Notes: generated by a model from the letters alone, not told the origin. DNA of 57,008 bases, filler included, from Trypethelium eluteriae (GCA_051942245.1; 4 parts of 4 records of this genome joined end to end with filler, not necessarily neighbours in it); one strand, 5' to 3'. Shown: positions 24,868 through 36,733, counted from the whole stretch's first letter. A program made the numbers and translations.

Positions 24868-26297
24868 CATAGGGTGTGAGAGTTGGGTGGTAGCTGAGTG
24901 GCTTTGTTGCTGGGACAGTAGGATCTTGTATAGAACGAGTCACTAGATAATAATTCAAAAGTTTGATTGTTATTTTTATTTTCGCCAGCTCGCATTCAGC
25001 GATAGCTAGTCTCTTTGGAGCTTAGTTTAGTAGTCTGAAAAGAACGGTCATCAGGTAGACTGTTGATCAATGTTTTGAGAATTTGGCGCTGTAATCACAA
25101 AAATCTATATGCCTCATAATCTTTTACAAATAATTTCGCAAAGATCTAGCAATTGTGGAGATCAGGTTGAGTGCAGATAATTCTGAAAAAGCCATCTTGC
25201 AATCTAGATTTACTACTCTCAAGAGGCTTGTTACTGTCCAATACAATCGTTTCTGGAGGTATGTTGCGGCTTTTTTTTGGCATGAGAGTAGGTTCATGTT
25301 CCCGGATATTATTCCTAATCCGCTCATGGAAAGGAACATTGATCCCTGGCTTGCATAGCGCCGTGCCAAGATCTTTGTACCCGATAGTTCGTCTTCGGGT
25401 GTCCGGTCCGCAAGCTTCCACAGTGCTTCCTTGTCTTTCAACCCACGTCTCCGTGCCGTTCCGCACCACCTGCCTAGCCATGAGTTCCGAGAGCTTGCCT
25501 TTCAATTCCAGGAGTCTAGATGTCTGAGATCCCTCTCGGTAAACTTACACTGAACGTCCACAATGTGTCCATAAGGTCATGAGCGTAATACCATACTCCC
25601 TCTGGGAATAACTGCACTTCCAACAAAAGCTACAGTCAAGGGTCTACGCGCATCAGCAAGAGGCAAGAATACAATGTGACAACTCAACGCATTAAACATG
25701 GTCCCTGGTACGGCACGGAGTACCCCGTAATGTGAGTATCACCGCAGACCCACAAGCACAAGCGTAGCCGTTCATCGTTTCCCCTCTCATTTCTCGCCGA
25801 AAAAAGCAACATTACCATGCAGGTCAAACTGCGGCAATCTTTGTGCCACACGGTTCACAACAAGGAGTGCCGGTGAGGTCTGCAGGACAATTTTAGCTCT
25901 TCTTTTTCGATTTTCGATCACCCTCGTACAGAGTACTGAGCTCTCAACTAAGCCCTCCGTGGATTGTCTGTGGCATGTTAACGGGGCGCTCTCCAAGCAT
26001 GTTGAGGTCAAGATACCGACCACTAGCAGTGTATTGGTAAACCTTGCTGTAACCATGATCTCTTGTAGCCCTCTCCTCATATGTGCATGTGCTAAATTTG
26101 TCAGCCGCTTGGATTTCGTTCTTTCCTTTCGCATGGGTTGCTACTTTATGTTCTGAATCACCAATCACGAGAGCCTACGTCTCGCTCATCTACGTTTTCA
26201 TCTGAACATTTGCTGTTTGTATTGAGGACAGCATTGCAGATTCTGATTCAGAATTTGGGATCTGAACGAGACTCTTTACAGTATACGTGCAGTACTC

Positions 26298-27684
26298 ATG
26301 GCGCAAGCTTCTAGTGATTCCGTCCATGTTGTACAACTGATCCACGATCTCAAGACAGCCGTGGATTCACATCCAGATATTCTAAATGACCAAGAAGCTC
26401 GAACGAAGCTTTCCTATCTCTCTCGAGAATTAAGTACGACTTTGGAACCTCCAGATGTGACTGTCTCGTTAGTGGCCTGGTGTGTAAGTATGAACAGCGC
26501 CATCTTTAGACTTATCTCTAATCAAAAGCTTATGTAGGGCGGCTATAGTGCATGCGTGCGGATCGCAGACGATTTAAGAATCTTCGATATGCTCGCAGAG
26601 AGAAGCCCAAGAAATGCAGAGGAATTCGTCACAGCCACTGGAGCAGAACACCTTTTCGTACTTCGTATCATGAGGGCGTTAGTCGGAATGGGCTTTGCTA
26701 GACAAGTTGGCAGGGAGAGTTATTCGGAGACACAAGCTTCACATCAAATGACGCTTCCTTCGGTTCGGGCAGGCATTAGATGGGCGTATGTGTACCGAGG
26801 CCTATTGGTGAAAGCTTTGAAAGAGCTGACTCGGATCTAGCCACGATCAGGCCCTCGATACCTATCATGTGATGCCCGAATTCTTCAAAAAGAACGGCTA
26901 TAAGTGTCCAACAACAGGCACTGATACCCCTTTCCAATACCTCCACAACACTGAAGAGCCAGCGTACGTCTACTGGTCGAAACAACCCGGAGTGATCGAA
27001 AACTTCAATACATTTATGGGAGGTCTGTACGGCACACCGTTAAGACTGCCTTGGCAAGATTGGTTTCCTGTGAATCGAGTCGTTTTCGACGGATATCAAG
27101 AACATGTCTCAGATGTCTCGTTTGTCGATGTTGGAGGCGGTCTCGGACATGAGTGTCAGACATTGTTGAAGAAGTTTCCTAACGTGAAGGGGCGCATCGT
27201 GTTAGAAGACCTTCCTCACGTCATTGACGATGTGAAAGAGCTTGACCCAAGGATAGAGACGTTTCCGATGGACTTTTTGAAAGGGCAGCCGATAAAGGGT
27301 CAGTCTGTGTAGCCCCTGCTCTTATACCCGAGTCTCTAAATTTCTTGCTTACGTCTTTATGTAGGGGCTAGAGCATACCTATTTCAAAATATCTTCCACA
27401 ACTGGGCGGACTCTGTGTGCTTGGAGATCCTTGAAAACCTTGCCCCTGCAATGAAACCAGGTTATTCCAAACTCCTCATCAGCAATATCATAATAAAGGA
27501 TGAGAATGCTCCACTGCGGCATGCTGGCATAGATATTGCGATGTTCATGTTCAGCGGGCTACAGCGTACAGAGACACAATGGAAGGAGCTGCTGGACAAA
27601 GGAGGATTCAAAGTCGTCAAGTTCTGGCATCCGCCTGGTGACGCTGACGGCATGGTAGAAGCGGAGGTAAAGCTTGGCGATTAA
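26298..27684 (+). CDS. O-methyltransferase (Methyltransf_2 / OmtA-like), 4 exons
   Basis: Winged-helix dimerisation region (RIMRAL), FVDVGGGLGH, LEDLP, DF..GQPIKGARAY, IFHNW, RTETQW. Confidence 0.93.
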
Positions 27685-28477
27685 GTCCTCTGCTGACATT
27701 TCCTGGAATATTCACCTGTTAAAATACTACAAGAATTCAATCAATACTGTCAATCCTTCTCCGTCATCGTTAATCACCAGGCTTCAGATCAAGAAAAACT
27801 GATATTTGGACCACAACTATGGGTCACATTACGACAGTCCCAAAAGTTATGCGGCCTTCCTCAGATATGTAGCGTGCAAATGTGTGACACAGTCGAAAAG
27901 TCTCCAGTTCTTGAGAGCTGAATACATTTCTGGACGGCAATCAGGCGATCCAGGTAATTCGCCTGTCCGAGCACCTCAGACCACTTATCAAGTCGTCATT
28001 CATCCTCTCATACTCTCTACCAATCCTGGCAGAAATCCTGATAGAGACCCAAGCAAGTCTCCAGTCCATGCCCCCCGAGCGATGAGCCGAAAATCCTAAC
28101 AAAGAATGAGAAAAGATGAAGGATAAATGGTCACGTCAAGAATACGCTCAGGCTCCGTTGGGTCAGCCGCGACCATTCTACGAGATCAAGTGGCCAGCCG
28201 ACGTTCCAGATCCGAGTACACTGTAGTCTGCCGAAAAACTCAGCGGTATTCTTGAGCAATATAGACAGAAGCATAACACACTGTACAATGAAACCCCAAA
28301 GAGCTGGACAGGGTTCTTGTTTTCTCCCCGTATGGCCAGAAGAAGTCCCAGTCGGATTTTTAGCTATGCAGCCATCTCCACACTTAGACCATTAGCCATT
28401 CTCCCTCCTCTCTCTCACCACCAACACTATCTCTCCTACTTCTCTAGCTCGCCTCCCCCAATGCCCCTCACCATCCC

Positions 28478-28577
28478 NNNNNNNNNNNNNNNNNNNNNNN
28501 NNNNNNNNNNNNNNNNNNNNNTTAATTAATTAANNNNNNNNNNNNNNNNNNNNNNNNNNNNNNNNNNNNNNNNNNNN
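28478..28577. other. Artificial contig-joining linker
   Basis: N44-TTAATTAATTAA-N44. Confidence 0.98.
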
Positions 28578-29183
28578 CCTCCCCCCTCCCCTGATCCCTC
28601 AGCCTCAGAATCCGCCCAATCGTCACCGCATCCAGGAACCTCCTGCCCTCCCCACTCTTCCCTCTCCGCTGAAACTCCTCTTCCGCTTCTGCAGCCAGCT
28701 CCTCGCGTCGTCGGAGGAGCGTAAGCGCCGGATTTGACTGCAGCTGCGCCGGATCGGGAAAGTGCGGCTGGGGCGCCTGCGAAGGATGGGCTGGATTAGG
28801 GGAGGCGAAGGCGGAGGAGGGAGAGAGCTGCGGGTTTGGCTGGACGGGGCCGAGGGAGCGGAGAGATTGGGCGAAGGCAGGGTCGGTGGCGTCGAGGTTG
28901 ATTGCTGGGTTCGCTGGGTTAGAAGAATAAGGTGGATGAGTGGGTTTGTGTCATGACTGATTTTCTACGGGATTGGTATAGGAGGTAGTTGGGACGCACC
29001 CTCATCTCTTGTGGAGCTTGCTTGAGCTTGTGGCCGCACTGTAGGCCCAGCGGAGCCTTCCCGGGCGGGAGGTGGAGCCCGTACGTTGCTGGCTTGGGAA
29101 GGTATTTGGGATAGACGAGATGGGTATTTGCGAGTTGCCGCGCCGCCGGCGGCACGAGATGCTTTCGAAGCAGAAGACCCCAT
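28578..29183 (-). CDS. 5' part of a conserved fungal hypothetical protein, probably N-myristoylated (truncated)
   Basis: MGSSASK start, RKYP, GPTVRP..QAS.TRDE, intron, then LRSLGPV..NP...ALTLLRRREELAAEAEEEF...GRRFLDAVTIGRILRLRD. Confidence 0.7.
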
Positions 29184-29549
29184 GTCGTAGCAAGTTTTCG
29201 ATATCTTCACCTGATGTGGCCCGCGAAGATGGAGAAATTACACAAGCAAGCGATTTTAGCGTAGTGGACGTCCGACAAGAATATTGGCGATGTATGAGAT
29301 CATGGGACAGGGGTCATCCACTAGGTTAGGTAGGGTAGGTAAAGTAATCGCCCTCTACCTCCGCACTTACTGTAAGTTTGTACTGTAGCTACTACCCCAC
29401 AAATTACCCATGGGCTTGGTGAAATTCAATCAGAACTGATTCACGGCATATTAGCTGCAATCAGAGCTGCAATCAGCCTAATATCAAGATTATAGATTTT
29501 CAGATGAGCTAACTAGTCTTTTGCCCGAGCATCCTCCATGGAGTGATGT

Positions 29550-30850
29550 CTAGGCTGTCAAGAAGCCCCCGACAAGTTGCATATACCGCTCTCGCTTCTC
29601 CCAGTGAGCCATATGGCTCGCATTCTCGAGCGTGACCCATTTGACCTTCTCTATACGTTCGAAGAACGGCTTCACTGCGATATCCTGTACCTCGTCGTAT
29701 TGCGCATTGATAATAAATGTCTCGAATTTGATACTTGAGAGACCTGGGATTGAGGACCAGTTCCGCAAACTACCCTTAATGTCGAGCTCGGAGCTTCCCC
29801 ACCTAGACGGTCGTAAGGAATGGATAGTTGATAATGAGAAGAATTTTAGGATGATAAAGAAATCTGTTGCGGGAATTTTGGGATGCTTTAGATTGGGTTA
29901 CGTTAGACGAGGATACGGCAACGGGTAGCTCTTTGTGGTACTACAACCACAAATGCTGCCTGCATTGTACGAGTGACTCATCTTGGGGCTAGGAGCTGCT
30001 CGCAATGGGTGACTTACATTGTACCATACACCGTCGGATCGTCACCAAAATGCCAAATCGCTGTCTCGACCTCCTCTGGCCATGTAGCCATCCGACAAAG
30101 GTATCTCTTGTAGAACTCCATCTGGTGCCTTGATTAGCATGTGGCTTCCAATGGCTTAGGAATACGAAAGTAGCTTTGCCCTTGGAGTTCCCACTTTGCG
30201 GTTCCATATTCTACCCTGTAGATATATGGGGGCGCAATGAGACTTTCATAACTTACCATCGCTCCTTCGTACTCCTTCGAGTCTGTCTGCCCGTCCCTTT
30301 CGCATCGGTCGATGGTATTCTGGACATCTCCTGGCAAAGTCGCTTTCAGACTCAAGAGGCCCTCCTTGTGCAACTCAGCAGATGCCGGCGCTGCAGCGAG
30401 GATAAGCTTCCTCAGTCCAGCAGGATGGCTGGCCGCGTACTCCGCTGCCATCATCCCGCCAAAACTATGACCGAGGATGTCGAAATGTTTCGTACCTTGC
30501 TCGCGAAGCTTGAGATGCATGATCAGATTCTCCAACTCGTCCATGAACAGGGTAATGGTCCAGAAGCTTTCGTCCCCGTTCTTTTCCGGTACTCGAGTGG
30601 ATTTCCCATTACCGAGCATGTCGTAGAGTATTACGGGGATGTTGTGGAGCTTCTGTAAGTCAACAAATGATAACATGTACTCGTGGCAAGCGCTTGGTCC
30701 GCCATGAAGGAGAATAAGAGGCGGGTTTGGAGAGTCAAGGGAGCCAACAATACGGTACCACGTGGAGCATGGCTTATCAACTCCCTTTGGCTTGAAATCG
30801 ATCAAGCCTTCGCTTGCGATTGTTGGCGCCATGCTTGCGTGCCTCTGCAA
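29550..30850 (-). CDS. Proline iminopeptidase / proline-specific alpha-beta hydrolase (S33-like), 3 exons
   Basis: TWYRIVG, LLHGGP, YDMLGNGKS, nucleophile GHSFGG, DPTVYGTM-WGSSE..IKGSLRNW, acid YDE, catalytic His in ASHMAHWE. Splices to an intact frame; no signal peptide seen. Confidence 0.92.
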
Positions 30851-31708
30851 TGATCAATGCGGGCTTCTTGGCGCAAATCTGAAAAGCCAAAGCTCTAATA
30901 CTCTATTGCAGTATTGGTCAAGACACCCGGGTTGGCCGGAGACTGTGAGGAGATCAACAGCTTTTTTTTGAATGATAGACAAGTTGTATAAAAAAGTTGA
31001 ACTTTATGAGAACTTCTAGGCCTATGTTCTAGGAGGAGAATGCCCTATGATGACTTGTGTAATGCAGTAAACTTGCAAAAATCTAATGCCTTCGATTTAA
31101 TGTTTGAAGCGGCAGCAACGATTTCCTGGGCCCGTCACATGCCAAGAGCGGGGGTGTCTCAGCTGTCCAACTTTGTAGCCTGCGTTGTTTTCGCAAGGCA
31201 ATCGTGCACACATTACTGCTGGCAGCGCAGTCTTTCTCCAGGGTCAGGAAATAATTTCATCCTTGCAGTTGCATATGCAGTTTCTTCAATGCAGGATAAG
31301 ACTTTGCCGCAACCACGCCGTTGAACCGCATGCGGCACGGCTCGAGCCCGGTTCTGCTAAGGCTGCACTTCAGCTAAGACCGGCATTTTTCTAGCTGCGT
31401 CATCCCTCCTTTCTTTTGGTTCCACTCGAGGTCAGGATGTGCATCGGTGATTGGCGTTTACTGTTGACGGCCTGGCAGGGCTTCAAGTCCGTACGACTGC
31501 TATTCTACCACGTCTGGAGAAAGGGCGGTCCTACCCGGTATGTACAAGCCTAAGATTGCCTCACGTAGCAACGACTGATAGCTCCAAAGCTCGAGATTGA
31601 CGATCGTTTGCGGTATTAATTGCTTCATTGCTGCCTTGGCCAAGGGCGCCATTGCCACTATATATCGGCTGCTCTACAAGCGGTAAAAGCCTGATCCCAG
31701 GTTTCTGC

Positions 31709-32672
31709 CTAATGCTTTTGTTCGAAGGGCCCTGGAGCAACCTTGTATTGATGCCTTACCAGAGCCCTTTCCTTGGCCCAGCTATTCACAGCATCCCAAT
31801 TAACGCACGTAACTTCTGCATTGGATCTCAACCTCATGTTCTCGGCCTCGTGTGAATCTGCAATCCACTCAACGCCATAGAGCGCTACGTCGGCGTGACA
31901 CATTAGCGATCTTCTGATGCTCTCTATGCAATGAGCTTGCAGCTGTTAGAAGAAACTATAGATTTGGGACATGGAAGTACGTACTAGTGTGGTGAGGATT
32001 CCAATCAATTTTCCGTACCCGTTCATCGTCATCGTGTTGGCTGTAGTAATCACTGTAGATGATCATGCGCAAAGTATTCTGGACTTGCATCAGTGAAGTC
32101 ATTGCAGTCAAGCAGTCTGGTCATACGAGACAGTGAAGTTGATGGTAGACTCCCAGCAATGCCACATAATCACCGTCGGGGAGCCGGACGGCATTCGTTA
32201 CATTTTCATGATTGAGAGCCATTTCCTCCGGACTGGCTCTAATGTTGAGCGCTGAAGCAAATTTAAGCTCCTCTGCTTACTTTTTGAGCGTCAAAGCTTA
32301 CCCAAGAGCAACTCGTCCCACGCGGAGTCCAGCTCTTCAGACGGCTCGCCTCGATACACCGTATCATCGGTGCGGTAGAGGAAATGCTGTTCATTGCGGA
32401 GAACAGTATTTGCTGGAGCTAAGCCTTGGTGAACAAAGGTTATTATCTTTCAAGTCGATGGCTTTCGACTTACAGTAAGGTGGCGAGGAAACCTTGTGCC
32501 AGAAGAGTTGAATGCTTTCAATGATCGAAAGATAGACAACAAGCAACAGAAGAATGATGATTGACCAATTCGGAGCTAATAGTTTTCTAGGGGCTTTACT
32601 GAGGAGGAGTGAGCTCCGTACATCGTGCGAAGGAAGAAGAGGTTCGGACGATTCGGATGAATCTTTGTTCAT
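31709..32672 (-). CDS. UstYa-like / DUF3328 oxidase, 253 aa, 5 exons
   Basis: Exons 32672-32474, 32418-32302, 32251-32127, 32078-31985 and 31935-31709 (762 nt, in frame). N-terminal TM anchor, YSPA, YRGEPSEELDSAWDELL, first HxxHC (VYHQLHCL, 32127-32144), second HxxHC (HTTHCIESIRRSLMCHAD), C.NWD.V..WA. Confidence 0.93.
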
Positions 32673-33487
32673 TTTTGTCGACGATTCTCCAAGAAGCTGA
32701 TAGTAAATAAACAGGTAGCGACTGCAAAGTTTTTCAAATTGTGACTCGGGACGCTAGGCTTTAAACCAGAAGTCGAATACCGTCCAAGGTACTTCGCACC
32801 GAGTTCTGGAAGCCAAGCTGGGATATGGTTGCGAACAAGGTCTCATACGATACCACTTTCGAAGGTAGAGATGGCGCAGCAGACACCTCATCGCCTTCTT
32901 TGATTCCAACCGCATATCGTCATGAGATCGCCCGGGGGGGGGTTCTTTGCCGCATGCCGTCCTGTAACTAGACTGGGCTTTGCCGTATGACTGCAGTTGC
33001 AGCTGGGCTACGCTTACACTCTTTACTACTTTCAGCTCGAGCGGTATGTCCAATCATATGTCTCGTATCGATCTTCGTATGACCTCTTATGAAGATCCTG
33101 TCGGACCTTGCACCGCCAGAAGTAATGCTTGACCAAGCAGTCGATGTATGCCTTGTCTCAATGCTTCAAAGCTCGGCTTATCCTGGCAAAGAACATGCCC
33201 GTTCACTGCTGCCTCAGCAGTTACACTGCATTATCATTGGATACTAATCAGGATTTAACGGACGAGCGAATTCGATAGCTAGCATTCAGAAGTGATGAGC
33301 GTGGTTGTTCATATTACCGATAGGCTGTAGCAGACACCCTCTATTAGTATGGAAGGAATTTCTACTTAAGGGTCGAATGCTTCCCCTTTTTTTCTTCTGT
33401 TCATCTGGAGTCTGAGTAGCTGAAAACGCAAGACTGATTCAACAACTCTCTTCCGTATCTCATTTGTGAAGCCTTTAGATCACTACG

Positions 33488-33883
33488 ATGCCTAATTTTC
33501 TCAAACTCACGTGTGTGACTGCCTTGGTAGCGAGTGTACTCGCAGTTCCTGTCACTGGTCAGTCTACCAAATCTCTGCTCATTTGCTAAGTGTAGCCCTC
33601 TGACGTTATCAAAGTCAAGCGCGAGCCGCCAGTTGTCCCAGAAGGCATCGACCCTTCAACATTCGTAAAGCGCGCGCCGCCTGTCGTTCCCGAGGGTGTC
33701 GATACCACCACGCTCATGAAACGAGAACCACCTGTTGTCCCCGAGGGCATCGATCCAACTACGCTTCTAACCCGTGCGCCACCTGTCGTTCCTGCTGGTG
33801 TTGAAGGGGACAGTAGTGCGGAGAAGCTCAAGCGTGAGCCACCGATTGTTCCTGCTGGGATTGAAGGCGATGAGACCAATTGA
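33488..33883 (+). CDS. Secreted Kex2-processed repeat protein (KEP), putative RiPP precursor, 112 aa
   Basis: Exon 1 33488-33557 (signal peptide MPNFLKLTCVTALVASVLA|VPVT); intron 33558-33614 (GTCAGT, branch CTGAC 33600-33604, AAG acceptor); exon 2 33615-33883: VKR-EPPVVPEGIDPSTFV-KR-APPVVPEGVDTTTLM-KR-EPPVVPEGIDPTTLL-TR-APPVVPAGVEGDSSAEKL-KR-EPPIVPAGIEGDETN*. Confidence 0.9.
33617..33880 (+). repeat. Five imperfect coding tandem repeats (period 51, 51, 51, 60 nt)
   Basis: Units start at 33617, 33668, 33719, 33770 and 33830. Differences within the PPVVP core are almost all at third codon positions of the + frame. Confidence 0.92.
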
Positions 33884-34261
33884 TTTCTTGTATGCTTCTA
33901 TGGTTTCCAAAAACCAAATTGCACAATAGCTAGAAATTGAAAGCTCGCTATAAAATTTTCTGTAATGAACCGTCTGTCTCGTTCAGTGATTCAAATCTTC
34001 TCTTGCGGCTTCTTTTAGCTGCTCTAGTTATCCTCTACCGTGAATCTCTGCTTTTGTACATCGTACTCATACATGCCAAGGCTACAAATTTGTTATATCA
34101 AAACTATGCGCCTGATCGCCGCCGGTTGGAGACATTCCAATATCCTGGCGTAGAGAATTGCCCACACGTCTCACGATAGACAATCCGATTCATAAATATT
34201 CCGTGAGTACTCTAAGTAGCATGCTAGAGGTTCGTATATTCTGTTTACATTTTCCACTGCT

Positions 34262-35396
34262 TTAGAAAGGCTGCAACTCGATTGCTCGTGGCGTGAGTGC
34301 TCTTTGTGTGTCAATCTCCACATAGCTATTATTACTCCTGCTTGTCTTTGACGTAATATTAGATGTCGTATTCGACGCGCTAGTCTTCTGTTGAACTTCG
34401 TCAGTCCAGAGAAGTCCGCTCTGAAGGCTTTCCATGAATGGCTGCATGTACGGGACGCAGGCGGAGACGAAAGACGCCGCCTGAGCAATCTGTGTGCAGA
34501 CAATGAAAGGAAAACCTTCGAGTGTATAGTTATGCGAGAACAATCGTGGTATATAGATCAGCTGTGCGATTGTCGCAGCAATAGCGCATATTCGAGCATT
34601 GAAAAGCAACAGGATCGATATCCGTTTCCGCAGGGGCATGTGTAAAGGGGCAACAATAACAGTAGGTAGGATGATCAGAGCCACATCCGTCAGGATGTTG
34701 ACAACTCCTACGTATCGAAAAAGAGATATCTAATACAGTGAGTTGTCTTCTTTCTCCAGTTCTGGCTTAAAATGTAAGACCCACCCTATCCACACACCGC
34801 CAATTGTGAGAACCCCACGGATACGGAAGCCTACACTGAAAAGCAAGTCCAAGTATAGAAGTCAAGGCCCACATGGCTGTAATAACACCAGTGGCAATAT
34901 TTGCGATTCGGTGCTCCTTGACTGGGGAAACAAGCCAAAGTCCGACGGGGATCGCCAGCTTTGCAAGACATATTGCGCTCACGAAGAGCATCTCTCCAGC
35001 ATAATGGGCCTATGAGGAAATTAGCTAATGATGCCTATCTTCAGTCCTTTACCATACCTTGAGACCAGGCTGGATAGATCTTTGTGGGTTCTCGTCCATT
35101 GAGGTTCCCCATATCTCGGCCGCAGGTAAGAGTGTTGTGACTGATTGGCCGACGGCTAGCACCTATGAATGATGGATAAGCTCATGCCAAAAGGTCAAAT
35201 TCGAGTCGAGAGAGCAACGGACAAAGGCCATTATGATCAGAATCTCGTCCGATCTAAGCTGCCGTATCTCCTTTAGGAAGAGCCGGGTCAAGAGTCGAAA
35301 GGATAGCGCAAGCAGCATAATGGCCAGCGAAAGCAGTGTCACTACTTTGATTACTGGATTCAGATGGTTTCCATCAATGAAAAGCCGAGCAGACAT
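34262..35396 (-). CDS. PTH11-like (rhodopsin-domain) integral membrane protein, 4 exons
   Basis: FRLLTR..SDE, LAKLAI, AFQCRLPYPW, NILTDVALIILP...LHMPLRKRI...F.AR, ACVPYMQPF.ESLQSG; intact when spliced. Confidence 0.88.
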
Positions 35397-36733
35397 GACG
35401 GGTCAGAGCGCACAGGATTCTTATGGGGGGTGCCGCCGTCAATTTGCATGGCAGTGGTGAGTGAGAGGAGTCAATCAGCGAAGAATCTTCCTTGAACCAC
35501 CCCGACGGATAGAGTAATAAGGCACGCAAAGAATCACTGCACCAGGGCATTATTTTCATCGCCAACGAAACGGGTTTCTCAGTCTGCATTGATGTTACCC
35601 TAGCGATCCTTCCCAGACCCGTCGCGTGGACTTGTATCCAACGAAATTCAGTCAAGCGATGCGTGGCACAGTCTCGTAATGGCACACAGAGCTCCATGTT
35701 CGGAAGACGAGTGGAATAGCCGTTTTTCTGGGCTGCAGGGTGGCGTATGCTTGTACCGTAAACGTGCCTTATCGCTTTAGAATCCGGACCGGTCGGAAGA
35801 TTTCCGCTCCAATCTTCTTCTCAATCTGCCGTTGGCTGAAGCTGGCAGTTGCCAAGCGATTGATACCATTGTCAAACGTGTGTCGGTCTTGGTGGAGGCA
35901 TCAAGGCAATCGTACGGCACAGCTCTCACCGTATGGAAGGTGCTTCCCACTGATTCGTTGAACCTGACCTCATATGGCTAACCACTACAGGGCTTGCCCT
36001 CGTCTTATTGCGGCGTCTTTCATTTCGCAAGCCGCTGCCTTGGGTCTGATTGATCTCTGTCGGCGCCTTGCTAACCATTTTACGTCAATGGTGATGGTCA
36101 GATGGTTCTCTGCAGGTTGTTTTAGGAGATGCGCCGAAGACCCGAATTACCGTAGAGTACGATACCGTATCGTACCATAAAACAACGTCGCCCTGAGCCT
36201 GCAGTCCCTTGATACTTTGGTGCTCCACCATGAATGATCTGTCCCGGCTGCGCCTCTTCTAGGCTGACGAGATCTGCTGCATGCTGCCGGGCGTGGCACA
36301 TTAGAGAGGCACGGTCTCGGCGAATCATCGTATAAATTGTCAACTGGAAGGACGGATATCCTGTCATGTCGCTTGCAAATCTCAGCCGTATGCAATAATA
36401 CTTCCGATGCATCTGCTAGATACATGTGAAAGAAAAATTGCTCCCACCCAAGATAGCAAGGATTGCGGGCACTCCTTTTGCCCCTGTCTCGCAACGATGG
36501 CGCCTCTCTTCGCCTTATAAGGTACGTCTAATCACTCCAAGCACGAATCCCTGCGTACACCCACAGCTATTGAATAGTGTCTCTCCTCTACTCTGTACCT
36601 GGGGAGACTTCCTCTTGAGACCGAGTCCAGCCTTGCGTGAACGGCTAGCACTCAACTCTTGCCTTGAGGGCGTTGCTGTTTTCTCTTCGATACCAAAGGC
36701 TGTTTGTGTCTTCGAGAAACTGCGATAGGCGCA

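Noticed and set aside
25030..25620. Possible degenerate gene or TE fragment (overlapping 105-119 aa ORFs)
   Set aside because: Coding-like patches but no family motif I can recognise; needs BLASTx.
33586..33879. Minus-strand 97-aa ORF with (P.GTTGG.R) repeats in the ORF track
   Set aside because: Antisense shadow of the KEP precursor. The + frame has the signal peptide, KR sites, a proper intron and third-position wobble, whereas this ORF lacks an ATG start.
33617..33880. CRISPR-like repeat/spacer appearance
   Set aside because: Eukaryotic context; repeats are degenerate at codon third positions and in frame; no cas genes.
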